Source of the DNA: a virus
Taxonomy: Duplodnaviria; Caudoviricetes
DNA: 38,707 nt
Reading direction: 5' to 3' (one strand)
IMG/VR virus record: IMGVR_UViG_3300010370_000087
Span: 1 to 38,707 of that record
A program made the position numbers and the translations under genes. The notes beneath the pieces were generated by a model. It had not been told where the DNA came from and made no database searches. It saw nothing but the letters and a program-made list of their open reading frames with translations. Each line of letters begins with the position of its first letter. Position 1 is the stretch's first letter. Positions 16,701-29,400 of this stretch are shown here, piece after piece.

Positions 16701-17454
16701 CATAATGAAAGTAGACGGGTCATTATATTTCTTTAAAGATACAGAGGTAGTCAAGTATTGGTCCAACATAAATTCTGCTTTGATCTTTTCTGATTTGTAT
16801 TTTGGAAGAAAGGGTAGAAGAAATTTAAAATTCCAATATGTACATAATAGTGGAGATCAGAGAAGATTAGATCCTAGCAAATCTAACATAATAGATATAT
16901 ATTTGCTTACACGAAATTATGATACAAGTTTTAGAAGTTACATTATTGGCAATTTATCTACAGAACCTTTAGTGCCTACCAGTAGTAGTTTGGAACAAAA
17001 TTATAGCCAATACCTAGAACCTATTAAGGCCATGAGCGATGAGATTATTTTCCATCCGGTAAAATATAAAATTTTATTTGGTGATAAGGCGCCTTTAACT
17101 TTACAATGTACATTTAAGGCTGTAAGAAATTCTAGCAGGATCACTAATGATAATAATCTTAAGACAAGAATTCTTAGTGCCATTGATGATTTCTTTAGTT
17201 TAGAAAATTGGGAATTCGGTCAAACGTTCTATTTCGGAGAACTTAGTGCATATGTAATGAATTTACTCAGTCCTGATATTAATAATTTTATATTGGTTCC
17301 AAAAAATAACATAGGATTTGGCAGTTTATTAGAAGTAACTTGCTTATCCAATGAACTATTTGTGAATGGGGCAGGTATAGATAACATTGAAATTATCGAT
17401 GCTATCACAGCAGCCCAATTGCAAACTAATTCTACTATTGTAACATCTGTATAA
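13726..17454 (+). CDS. gp6: Baseplate wedge protein (T4 gp6-like)
   Basis: DFKSYDFETLR...FNDYIESSE...ARENFLETAERRDSILRLA, FADGVFG, QNRMITGEDY; follows gp25. Confidence 0.88.
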   Translation: MIPSTTSKLLVSEDWKKLYQSFRNADFKSYDFETLRRTMIQYLQENFPEDFNDYIESSEYIALIDLIAFIGQNLSFRIDLNARENFLETAERRDSILRLAQLISYYPSRNLPANGLLKVVSISTTDNVFDLNGVNLAETTISWNDSVNPDWYQQFITILNSATTSVFGKSSSKGTIDGILTEQYRVNSSNIDTPIFNFNKAINGTNMSFEVVPCSFSGKDYIYEEAPIPGNSFSFLYRNDNQGTSSINTGFFCHFRQGTLSLSSFNINNPVPNEIIGVNTPDINNSDVWLWQLNKQGNFDTLWTRVPAVTGNNIIYNSLQKNLKTIYSITSRTSDQIDINFADGVFGDLPKGQFRLFYRQSNGLSYVIKPEQLSGIVISIPYLNKSGQQNTLQMTLSLQYAVNNSSGAETNSQIQFRAPQTYYLQNRMITGEDYNIAPLNASSDILKVKSVNRVSSGVSKYFDLSDVSGRYSKTNIFGNDGVIYKEESESTSQFEYVSKTQVFSYVKNTLAEVVNSQPLRAFYFDKFSKPNLESLNLRWKEVNKTPGQSRGYFYNENGSFPVGSNYTDNNLKYVQPGSIVKFLAPNGKYFDESNNLQFIDSSKLQTLGFDILDFVNTTKGSYNYDSYYIKTLNILPLYTSNNEFTTNIGIKYGLYRDPDYDGLAYWVKEAINNGKSIEDIDFRTGFFTAALQYASGDRANVKLKPYFTASGTQATKTPYQLTQITNSIPIGGRSYIWATVSQVIDNGADVLIDGTGPIIFNTRIPSDAVPAEVLPKYPDILPYSIETEIVNTCSLFKNFGLTLNEETREWDFITSANLNTVDEFSLGFQNSQGSQSLDSSWLISFVWTGINYQIRYRILNYIFESVQETSFYVDKTTKNYDYTNNTVVKDKISILNINTTPDASAFNAKTLGTSNEWQIDDVVIEEDGFIKPNRVKVSLLNFNNQGIFSNPNSFQEIVGDFYVFFKRTDDGLTYNITDTDITILDSEDYFTDIMKVDGSLYFFKDTEVVKYWSNINSALIFSDLYFGRKGRRNLKFQYVHNSGDQRRLDPSKSNIIDIYLLTRNYDTSFRSYIIGNLSTEPLVPTSSSLEQNYSQYLEPIKAMSDEIIFHPVKYKILFGDKAPLTLQCTFKAVRNSSRITNDNNLKTRILSAIDDFFSLENWEFGQTFYFGELSAYVMNLLSPDINNFILVPKNNIGFGSLLEVTCLSNELFVNGAGIDNIEIIDAITAAQLQTNSTIVTSV

Positions 17455-17455
17455 T

Positions 17456-20400
17456 ATGGCCGAACAAAATAAAAAAACAGTAAACTTTCTTCCTGATTAT
17501 CTTAAAACAGTTAAGAATGAAAAATTTCTATCGGCCACATTAGATCAATTAATACAATCTCCAGATCTAGAAAGAGTAGATGGTTATGTAGGATCAAAAA
17601 TAACTAGCCTTTACAATCCTGTAAAAGATACATATATTTCAGAAACAGAATCTATAAGATCAAACTATCAAGTAGAACCAGGTCTAGTCTTCAAAAATGC
17701 ATCTGGTGAAATAAATGATGTAAAAGGTTATATAGACTTATTAAGTGCCATTAAAAATAATGGTGGACAAGTAAATGATCTAGATGAATTACTTAGAACA
17801 AAACATTACAGTTTTGATCCTTTAATCGATTGGGACAAACTTATTAATTATGATCAATACTATTGGTTACCAAATGGTCCAAGTGCTATTGTTTTAGATT
17901 TAGAAACTAGTCCATTTACTGAAATTATTGGCAATATGTCTTATGATTTGCCAAATGGCCCTCCATTGAGCAACGGTATGAAACTCATGTTTACACAGAC
18001 ATGGGTACAAGGGCAGAATTCATTAACCAGTTCTACTCAATATCTTGTAGAAGGAGTAGGTAAGTCTATCAAATTGATTGATCTAAAGGACCTTGAAGTA
18101 TCCGGGGATATTTCATCGGCATTCAATGAAACTTTTGATAATACCGATTTTGATACTGTAGGATTTGACAGTGATAAAAAGACAGCAAGTGTGCCTGAAT
18201 ATTATACCATTAATAGAGCAAGTGCTGACCTTAATCCGTGGACCAGATATAATAGATGGTTTCATAAAAGTGTAATAGAAGCGACCGCAGAATATAATAA
18301 AGAAGATTTATCAATAGATTACGAAAGCAGGGCCAAAAGACCTATCCTTGAATATAAAGCAGATCTTCAATTGTTTAATTTTGGATCAAAGTCAATTCAA
18401 AATATTGATGTAATTGATGATTCAACAGTTGAACCTTTCTCCGAAATTGAAGGTTCAGTTGGATATTATATAGACCAAGTGCTATTACAATCTGGATATA
18501 GGGTAATATTTAATAATGCCAATGATCCTGAAGTTAGGTCTAAGGTTTATGTTGTTAATTTTACAACTACAACAAATACTATTGAATTAGTTTCAAGTAA
18601 TGAATTTATAAATGATTTAGATAGCGTATCTGTGAACAATGGAACTAAGTATTCTGGCAAAAGTTTTTATTTTAAGGAATCTAGTTTCAAGTGGATTTAC
18701 GCTCAACAACACACTTACCTTAATCAACCTCCGTTATTTGATGTTTTAGACGAAACAGGGACAAGTGTTTCTGAAAGTGGATTTGAAAATAATTTTAAAG
18801 GTACTAGAATTTTTGGTTATGAGGAAACTACTGGTACACCTGATTCTGTGTTAGGGGTTGCCATAAAACAAACAACCACACCTTTAGGAATTGGTAGTTT
18901 CGTTTTTAAAACATATTTCAATACTGATTCTTTTGATTATGTAAAAAATAATATATCCTATAAAACTAAAATTTCGGGATATTATCTAAAGATTAATAAT
19001 CCCGATAATGGTACATATTTTTTGAATAATATATGGGTAAGTGGAATTTGGTCACAAACTACAGAGTTGGACCTTAATGGCGATTATTTTTATATAGATA
19101 ATTTTACCGTAATCCCAGAAATACCATCTCCTATTATTGAAACTAAATTATTATCTGAAAATACATCGTCTGTTAAAGTTCAAAGTTTAAGAAATGTATC
19201 TACAGTTACGTCAGTAGATACTTTTGTTAATAATATTTTGACAAGTTCAACGTTTACAATTACAAATAACGAAATAATAGTTAATTTTAATTCTACCCTA
19301 AGCCAAAATAGTTTTGTAAGTTTGAATATTGTAGGAGAAGGGAAGTTAGATGAGGAATTGGGATATTACTCAACTCCTTTAAGTTTAAACAGCAATCCTA
19401 TTAATGAAGATCTTGTAAGTCTCACATTAACGCAATTAAGCGATCATTTAAAGAGTATGGTATCTAGAGATTCTAGATTTGTTGGAAATTTTCCTGGAAC
19501 TAGTAATTTAAGAGATCTTAATAATTATTCCATACAAGGTGACAAGTTAATTGTAAATGATAATCCTATTTCCTTTGCCTTAATGTTTTTGACAAAGAAA
19601 GAACATGACTTAATCGAATCTTTAAGGTTTGGAGCCAATCAGTATAATCAATGGAAATATAATTTTATTAGAGAATTATCTAATATTGATACTCAGTCTT
19701 CTCCTAGAGAAATGTTAGATGCTGTTCTACTTAATATGAGCCAGTCAAAGTCTAATAGAGATTCATATTACAAGTCGGATATGTTAGGTTATGGCTCTGA
19801 TAAAACAGTAAGAACTATTACAGTAACTAACTTGTCGTATAGTGAATACTATCTTGGTGAAGAGTTTGATCTAAATAGTCTGAGTTACAGATCTATTTTG
19901 GTATATAAGAACGGCATTCAACTAATTCATGGTTTAAATTATGAATTTGTTTTATCTAGTAATTCGGTTAAATTTTTAACAAGTCTGGATGTTAATGATC
20001 TAATAGAATTCGTTGTATATAACACAACCGTAGGTTGTTACATTCCTCAAACACCTAGTAAATTAGGATTATATCCTGCATATACACCTTCTATAGTTAG
20101 TGACGGTAACTACGCAGGTAATCCTAAAGATGTGATCATTGGTCATGATGGTAGTAGAACTGCTGTGTTCAACGATTATAGAGATGATATAATTTTTGAA
20201 TATGAGAAAAGAGTATATAATAATATAAAGGTAAAATATAATAGGAATTTATTTGATATATTTTCAATTTTACCAGGAATAAACAGAACAACTTCTGATT
20301 ATGATCAACTTTTTAATTCTCTATTAGAAAAAGAATACAGTAAATGGGCTGCAACTTATAATGTAGATGTTGTTTCAAATATAACATACGATCCTGCTAA

Positions 20401-23400
20401 TTTTAAAACATGGAACCTAACTGGTGGTAAAGAATCAAAATATAACAAGCCTATTAAAGGAACTATTCGTAGTGTAAACAAATATTATTTCGATAGTTTA
20501 TCTATGGAAACAACTCCTTGGGAAATGTTAGGATTCCATGAAAAACCGTCTTGGTGGGAAGGGTTATATGGGCTACCTCCGTATTCATCAACGTTATCTT
20601 CTGTATGGCCTGACATAACTAACGGCTATATTGCTTCCGGCGAATATAAAGGAACATGGCCCAAATATGCTAGACCCCAATTCAATACATTATATAATCC
20701 AGTTGATTTTGCAGGTGTTAATCAATGGTTAAATTATCTATCACTAAGTGGACCTTCTGATAGAAAGGCCGATTGGACTTTTGGTGATTATAGTCCTGCA
20801 GAGGTAGCCTTTAGAAATAGCAGTTTTTATCCATTTGCCTTAAGTGTGGTTGCATGTTTGCTTAAACCCGCAGATTATACATCTAAGTTATTTGATCTAA
20901 GTAGAGTTAAATTAAATTACCTAAAACAGGCTATTATATCTGATCAATATTGTTATCTAAATCCTAGAAAAGTGTTAGTAGAAGGAGTAAACACTGAACA
21001 AACTGCTGGATATATTAATTTAATTATAGAAAGAGGTGACAGACTATTTCAAGATTATAGAAATAGTCTAGCACAGGATCTAAGTTATTGTGACTTAAAT
21101 CTACTTTACAAAGTTGGTGGATTTACAAGTAAAGAAAAAATCCAACTTAAGATTGATGCAGTTGATCCAGAGTCTACCAGTCCAGGTGTAGTGATTCCCT
21201 ATGAAGATTATGAATTAAGGTTATCAACTAGTGTACCTATCAAATCTAGTAGAATATCAGGTATTATTGTTCAAAAGAAAAACGGTAAGTTTTTAATTAA
21301 AGGTTATGATAGGCAGAATACTTATTTTACTGTTTATCAACCATTAAAAAATAATGTAATGAGTTCAATTACAGTTGGTGGGAAAACTGAACCTTACACT
21401 GTATGGCAACCTGTATTTTCTGACGGTAATGTAGGACTTACATCTATAGATATTGCTGGATCTAGTTCTGGCAAATTTTATAAGCAAGGTCAAATAGTTT
21501 TTTACAGTAACAAATATTATAGAGTTAAGGTTGCTCATAGTGCAGGAACTAAATTTAATTCAGAATATTTTCAACAATTGCCTGCACTACCTACTAAAGG
21601 TGGAGTTACTGTAAGTACAACTAAAAAATTTGATACTTTGGAAACTAAGGTTCCTTACGGCACATTATTATCTAGTGTACAAGAAGTATATGATTTAATT
21701 ATAGGATACGGAGCGTGGTTAGAAAGTCAAGGGTTTATATTTGATAAAAGTTTATCTGAATTAAATGAGATACTTAATTGGTATTTTACCGGTAAAGAGT
21801 TTTTATATTGGAGTACGCAAAACTGGGCAGATGGAAATTTAATTACTCTTTCTCCTTTTGCTTCTTATCTAAAATATCAATCTAATAATTCTATAGTTGA
21901 TAATTTATTTTCAAAAGGATACGAATACAGTTTACAAAATGCAGATGGTTTATCTTTTCCTAAAGATGGATTTGACATTTATAGGTTTGATAACGCCTGT
22001 GTTATTGAAACTAAAAATACAGAAGATGGGATCTTTTTCGCAGTATTAAATTCTGTACAAAAAGAGCATGTAATTGTATTCAATAATACAACGGTGTTTA
22101 ATGATACAATTTTTGAAAAAGTTACAGGATATCGTCAAAAGCGTATCAAGTATACAGGTTTTAGAACTAAAAATTGGAATGGTGATTTAACTAGTCCTGG
22201 ATTTGTCTATGATAATGTACAAATTGAAACATGGAAAGAAAACAAAAGTTACATTCCGGGATCGGTAGTGAGATTTAATGGGCAATATTTTCAGGCTAAT
22301 CAATCTATTGTAAATGAGATAGCATTTGACTTTCAAAAATGGACCTTTTTAAGTAAAAAACCAATTTCAGGTCTGTTGCCGAATTTTGATTACAAGATAA
22401 ATCAGTTTGAGGATTTTTATAGTGTAGATATTGACAGTTTTGATACTAAACAACAAGAATTATCTCAACATCTTATAGGCTATACACCTAGACCGTACCT
22501 TAATAAGATAATTATCGATCCAGTTGCTCAATATAAATTCTATCAAGGATTTATTAGAGAAAAAGGTACTAAGAATGTTATAGATAAGATTTTAAAAGTT
22601 AGCAACAACGAAAATCAAGAATCTATAGATGTAAAAGAAGAATGGGCCATTAGGGTAGGAAGTTATGGTTCTGATCAAACTTTTAGTGAACTAGAGGTAC
22701 AACTTAGGGAAGGGTTGAACATAGAAAACCCCTATGTTGTTAAATTTGGAAATACAAATCAAAATGAATCTAAGTTGATTCATTATGTACAACCTAGAGA
22801 AATTTTGATCAAACCAGATAATTTTAATCCTTCATCTGTGTTTAAAAATAGAACTGGAACATATAATGACAGCGGTAACATATTATTAACTGCAGGTTAT
22901 GTTCACCCTGATGATATAGATCTCACTGCCTACAATAAAAACAGTTTATTAGATATTGCCAATATTCAAAACCTAAAAAATGGTACAGTAATTTGGCTAG
23001 GATTTTTAGAAAACGGTGAATGGGACGTTTATAGGTATAATTCTCAGCAGGCCAAAGTAACTGGAGTTTTTGTAAGTAACCCAGGATCCTCTATTACTTT
23101 TGTAACAGATATTCATCATTCTTTAAAAGTGGGCGATATTATTTCTGTGGTTAGATTTAATAGGCAAGTTGATGGTGTTTATATTGTAAAGAATATTCCA
23201 AATATCAATCAATTTGAAGTAGCATCTTCATTGGTTGGTATTATAAACGAATCTATTTTGACATTCGGAAGTATATTTAGATTTGAACCATCTAGAATAA
23301 GTTCGTTAGATAACTTTGTAGAATTAGAAAATCTGTTTAATTTACCATTTGGTTCTAAAGTTTGGATAGATAATGATGAAAATTCTAAATGGGCTGTGTA

Positions 23401-26400
23401 TGAAAAAACAGACAATTACAGTTCTAGTACAGAATTTAAATCTTTCTCCAAACCCCTAGGTCAAAATTACGGACGAAGCATTTACGCAAGAGATGATGAT
23501 TTAACTGTATTAGTTTCATCTCCTGGATACCATGTTGCTGGTTCTTTGAATTATGGAAAGGTAAGTGTTTTTAGAAAAACTGCTAATACCCAAAATATAA
23601 CTAATAACTTTGATTATTTTTTAAATGCAGGACAAAATTATTGTGCAGTTAATACCACTACTGATTTCGGCTTCAGCCTTGTACACGACATTGGTAAAGA
23701 TCTTTTTATAGTTGGGGCTCCTGCTGCTTCGAATGTTAGAGCATCTATAGACAGTAATCAAAAAATTACAACTGCTACTAATGCTCTAAGTCCAAGAACT
23801 AATCAAACTGAAGGTCTAGTTAAAATTAGCACAAGAAACCAGGCCAATGTTTCTGAAGTTGCTAAAGTGGTTATTGCTCAACCATTCACAAATACTACGA
23901 CTATGCAGAATTCTAGATTCGGGCATAGCATTTACATCAATCAAGTTCCATCTACGTCTTCTACTACTGTGCTAATTGGTGCACCAGGTAATTCTGCTTA
24001 TCAAAGTACTGGATCTGTTTATGTCTATAAACTAAGTCTTCAAAATGGAAATGTTAATTTAGGATATTTTTATAATACCAGTACTGTAAATGTTCTAAGC
24101 ACTACTAGTGTGGTTATGAATGCTGGTGCAAGATGGGGAGATTCTATAGCAGGATCTAAAACAGGAGATGTTATTGCAATCAGTGCTCCTAAATATTTTT
24201 ATAGGGGTAACAAGGGTATTGTTCAACTTTTTGATAGCAATCTTAATTGGTTTCAAACATTGAACAGTCCATTCGGAAATGACGATCAGTTTGGATATTC
24301 TATTTCTGTAAGTAACTCTGGAACCTTTGTGTTTGTTAGTTCTATATTAAGCCAATCTACATTTGGAACAGAAGGCAAAGTTGCTGTTTATAAAAAGTTA
24401 GATAACCAACAACAATATTCATTAAGTCAAATCATAACCAATCCTATTAGAAATAGCGATTTGAAGTTTGGGGAATCTATTGCTATTAGTGAAGATGAGA
24501 CTTCTTTGTATATTAGTTCTTTGGGTACAAACAAATCAGAATTTGTTAAATTCTATAAAAATAAAAATACAGAAGAACAGGAAACAACTTTTGATAGTGA
24601 TAAAACTAGATTTGTTTCTAGTATAAAAGATTCTGGAACTGTACATGCCTATAGTAATTTTAATGGAAAATTTGTACAAGGATCTGAAATAGTTCCTGTA
24701 AATTTAGAACCAAATGGCAGGTATGGTTTATCCTTAGCAGCGACTAATAGGTCATTGTTTGTAGGAGCACCTCAATCTAAGGTTAAATCTTATACAAGTG
24801 ATAATAGTAAATTTTATCAATTTAAATTATTAGGTAACACGAATATATGGAAAAAAATTAGATCTCAAGAATCATCTGTTGATATCGAATTGTTTAGAAG
24901 AATTAGTCTAATAGATAATCAGCAAGAAGAACTTATTGATTACTTGGATATATACGATCCTCTAAAAGGTAAAATTCCGGGAATAGCAGAGCAAGAATTA
25001 AATTACAAATTCGTTACAGATCCCGCAGTCTACTCAGTCGGTATGGCAGGTACTACTAATGATACGCAAACAAATTGGATTGACGATCATGTAGGTGAGT
25101 TATGGTGGGATCTTAGTACGGCCAAATATGTATGGTATAACCAAGACAATGAAATATTTAAAAAGAACAATTGGGGTAAATTATTTCCGGGCGCCAGCAT
25201 AGATATATACGAGTGGGTCAAATCTGATCTTTTACCTAGCGAATGGGCAGTCCTTGCAGATACCGCTGGCGGACTAGCCATTGGCATTAGCGGACAACCA
25301 AAATATCCAGATAATAGTGTATTAAGCGTAAAGCAGGTTTTCAATACCGTTACGGGAAGTTTTGAAAATGTTTACTTCTTTTGGGTAAAAAATAAAACCA
25401 TATTACCTAAGAATGCAAATAGAAGATTAACTGCCTATCAAGTCGCAGCACTAATTTCTGATCCATTAGCGAATGGAGTAAAATTTATAGAATTTTTAAG
25501 CGACAATTCTTTTGCCTTAGGTAATGTTCAAAATAGGTTAATAGGCAATAGAATTTCTGTTAATATAGCCTACGATAAAATTAACAATAAGATTCCATTA
25601 CACACTGAATGGATGTTAATCGGTGAAGGTGATTCTACAACATTACCTAATGATCAGATTAATAAAAAGTTAATTGATAGTTTATTGGGTAGAGATAATC
25701 TAGGAAATAAAGTACCTGATCCATCTTTATCATTTAGGAATAGATACGGGCTTGGTATTAGACCTCAACAAACCTTATTTGCGGACAGATTCGCTGCATT
25801 AAGGAATATCATTGATTTTGCTAATTCTGTTTTAGAAAAAAATTTAATTACGGGAATTTATAATTTTCAAAATCTTAATAGTGTAGATCCTATTCCAGAT
25901 GATAGTCAAGGAGAATACGATTTTCTTTTAACAGATGTAGAAGAAATTACTGCTATTGATACAGAAATTTTCGTTAAGGCGCAGGTATCGTGTACTGTAA
26001 AAGATGGAATTATAGTTTCTACCAATATCATTAACGCTGGATACGGGTATGCTACTGCTCCTAAAATAACGATTACTCCTAATCCAAATAACAAGGCGGT
26101 GATATCTACTATAATTGATAATCAAGGCAGAGTAATCAGATGTGTTATAGAGAATGCAGGATTTAATTTTAGTAAATCACCTAGTCTTGCTGTTAGAAAT
26201 CATAGTGCTTTGGTAAGTGTAGATAGTAATTCTAACGGAAGATGGGCGCTTTATGAATTTAATTATAATGGTCAATGGAATAAGATAAAGACTCAATTAT
26301 TCAATACCACATTGTATTGGGATTATTTAGACTGGAGTTCTGAATCTTTTGATTCTTTAAAAACACCTTCTATTATTATTGATAATGTTTACCAATTATC

Positions 26401-29400
26401 TAGTCTAAGTTTAGAAGTTAGTAATTATGTTAAAGTTAAAAATATTGGAGATGGAAGAGCAGTTATTTTAGAACGTGTAGTTTCTAATGGTAACTTCTCA
26501 AATGAATTTGATATTGTTTTCAGTCAGAACGGCACATTGAAAATTTCTGATAATCTGTGGAACAGTGAAAATTCTAAATTTACTTTTGCCAGTTCCTCAT
26601 TAGATGAAACCTTATATGATCAACTTCCTGATATAGAATTGTACAACATATTGATAGCCTTGAAAGATGATATATTCACTAATGAATTAAAGGTAAATTG
26701 GAATCTTCTATTTTTTAAAGCGGTTAAGTATGCTCTAACTGAGCAAAAAATTCTAGATTGGGCGTTTAAAACAAGTTACATTAATATAACAAATAATTCC
26801 GGAGAACTTGACCAGCCATTTAATTTTAGAATTGATAATAACCAATATTATCAAGATTATTTCACTGAGGTTAAACCTTATAGGACTAAGATTAGAAACT
26901 ATACTGCTGGATATTCTTATATTGAAGATGCTAGATTACTAACATCTGATTTTGATGTTTCACCTTATTATAATCCATTATCTGAAAAATATGAATCTTT
27001 AAATATTCCATATACCGGACAGTCATCTTTATTAAGTCAATATCCGTATAAAACTTGGTACGATAATTCTACATATTATGTCAGTGAAATAGTTGTAGGT
27101 TATGGAGGAAAGGGATATACATCAGTACCTGAAGTTTATGTTTATAGTAATGGAAATGTTGTTCGTACTGCTACAGCAAAGGCATATTTAAAAAATAATA
27201 AAGTATGGAAAATTATTGTTACAGATCAAGGGGAAGGTTATTACGATACACCTACAATTAGTTTAAGAGGCGGTAATCCTATAGAGGAAGCCAAGGCCTC
27301 GGCTATAATCAAAAATGATACAACTAGAAAGAATATCATTACTATGAAGTTTGACAGGTATTCTCGTAAGGGTGAAATAGAGAATACAGAAGTAACTTAT
27401 ACAATAATTTGCGATGGAATCAACAGCGAATTTGAGTTACCTTACCTTGCCAATACAGATAAGTTAACAATATTTCCGACCTTAGACAGAAAACTAATTC
27501 TGTCTTCCGATTACAAAATAGTAAATTTCAGTAAAACTGATAATACACTACAGAAAAATTACAGCAAATTTGTATTTGTAGATAGAATTCCAAAATCAGG
27601 GCAGTTGTTAAAAATTGTCTATCAAAAAGACTTGTCGTATTATAATGCTATTGATAGAATTGAAAACTTTTATCAACCTACAGAAACTATGGCAGGTAAA
27701 GATCTAAACTTATTAATGACAGGTCTAGAATATCCTAATCTAAGAATAAAAGGAATGGATTTTTCCTATTCGTCTGCTTATAATATAGGTACCACAGGTT
27801 CCTACGGTATGAGTCTAGGGTGGGGTGATTTAACAAATAGTTATTCTAAATCTAGACTTGTAGAACCTGCTACAATGTCTACTAACACACTATATCTTAA
27901 CACAGTAGAAGATATTCGCATAGGACATTCTTTAAACTTTTTAAATACTTCTCAGTTCATTGTTCGGACCGATACAGTAGTTCAAGCGATTGATATTAGT
28001 AATAATATTGTTACAATCAGTAGACCAACTTATACAGCATCGGTGGCAATATCTACCACTACTGCAATAGGTACTGAAATTTTAGTATCTACAGTAAATG
28101 AATTTAGGGGTGCTATAAGACAGAATGATACTGTTGAACTTACTGGATTTTCTCCTAACGAGTTTAATGGAACATATACCATAACTACCATTTATGACAA
28201 TAATTCATTTATTGTTACAGCTTCACAGGTTTTAAGCACTACAACTTCTATAGTAGGGTCTGGTACAATAATAGTCTATAGTTTGCTTCAAAATATTGAT
28301 GTTAGAAATAGAAAAATTGGAGAATATTCATTCCATGTAGGTCCATGTAAATTTCCGGTTTATACAATAGAAAAGAGTATGGGATTTATTTCAGAAGGTC
28401 GAACAGTTACATTTACTGTAGATGGAACTGATGTTTTGTTTGGACAAGGTAGAACCTTCGAGTATGAAATTACCGGTACAAATATATTGGCCAGTGATTT
28501 TACAGATAATACTCTTACAGGATTGGCTAGTGTATTATCTTTACCTATCAACTTTACAAAAACTTTAGCAACGGATAATGATTTAGGTGTAGAGACATTT
28601 ACAGTTAATATTTTTACATATTTTACCAGCGGCACAGCGAATACATCTGTTGTTACTAGCACCAGTGTAACAATTCTACCGTATGATCCTGCTTTGCCAA
28701 CTGTGTACACAATTACAGCCAGTACATCCACAGTCCAAGAAGGCGAGTCTGTAACACTTACTCTGGATGGGACTAATGTTGATTTTGGCGATACAGGAAG
28801 AGCATTTAGATTAACGGCAACCGGTACAAATATAACAGCAGGTGATCTTATCGCAAATACACTAACAAGCGAAGTGGTTATACTAGATCAGTTACCTATT
28901 ACAGTTAGTGCCGGCTTTGCACTAGACAATCTAATTGAAGGCATAGAAAGAGTTTATTTCAATATACAAACATGGTTAAATGGCGCTGCTGAGAATACTG
29001 CTACTGTGGCTAATACGTATGTTGAAATAATTGATGTTGAACAATCTGCTACATATGAGTTTTTTGATACGCCGTCTACTATAAGTGAAGGATCTACACT
29101 GATATTGAAGTTAAGAACACAGAACAAGTCTGTGGGATCTCAAGTAGGATTTAGTCTAAGTACTCAGACAGGTGATTTTACTGTAGCAGATTTAACAACT
29201 TCTACATTGTTTGGTAAATTTATTATGACAGACGGTGCTCCTACATATCCAGGATACCAAATTGGTACATACACATATGTGGTTGCGCAGGATGCAGCAT
29301 CTACAGGTTACGAGATAGCAGAAAAGTTTCGTGTAACTATAAATGAAAATACAGCAACATATATTGATATAACAATAACAGATCAGATACAAAGTTCATT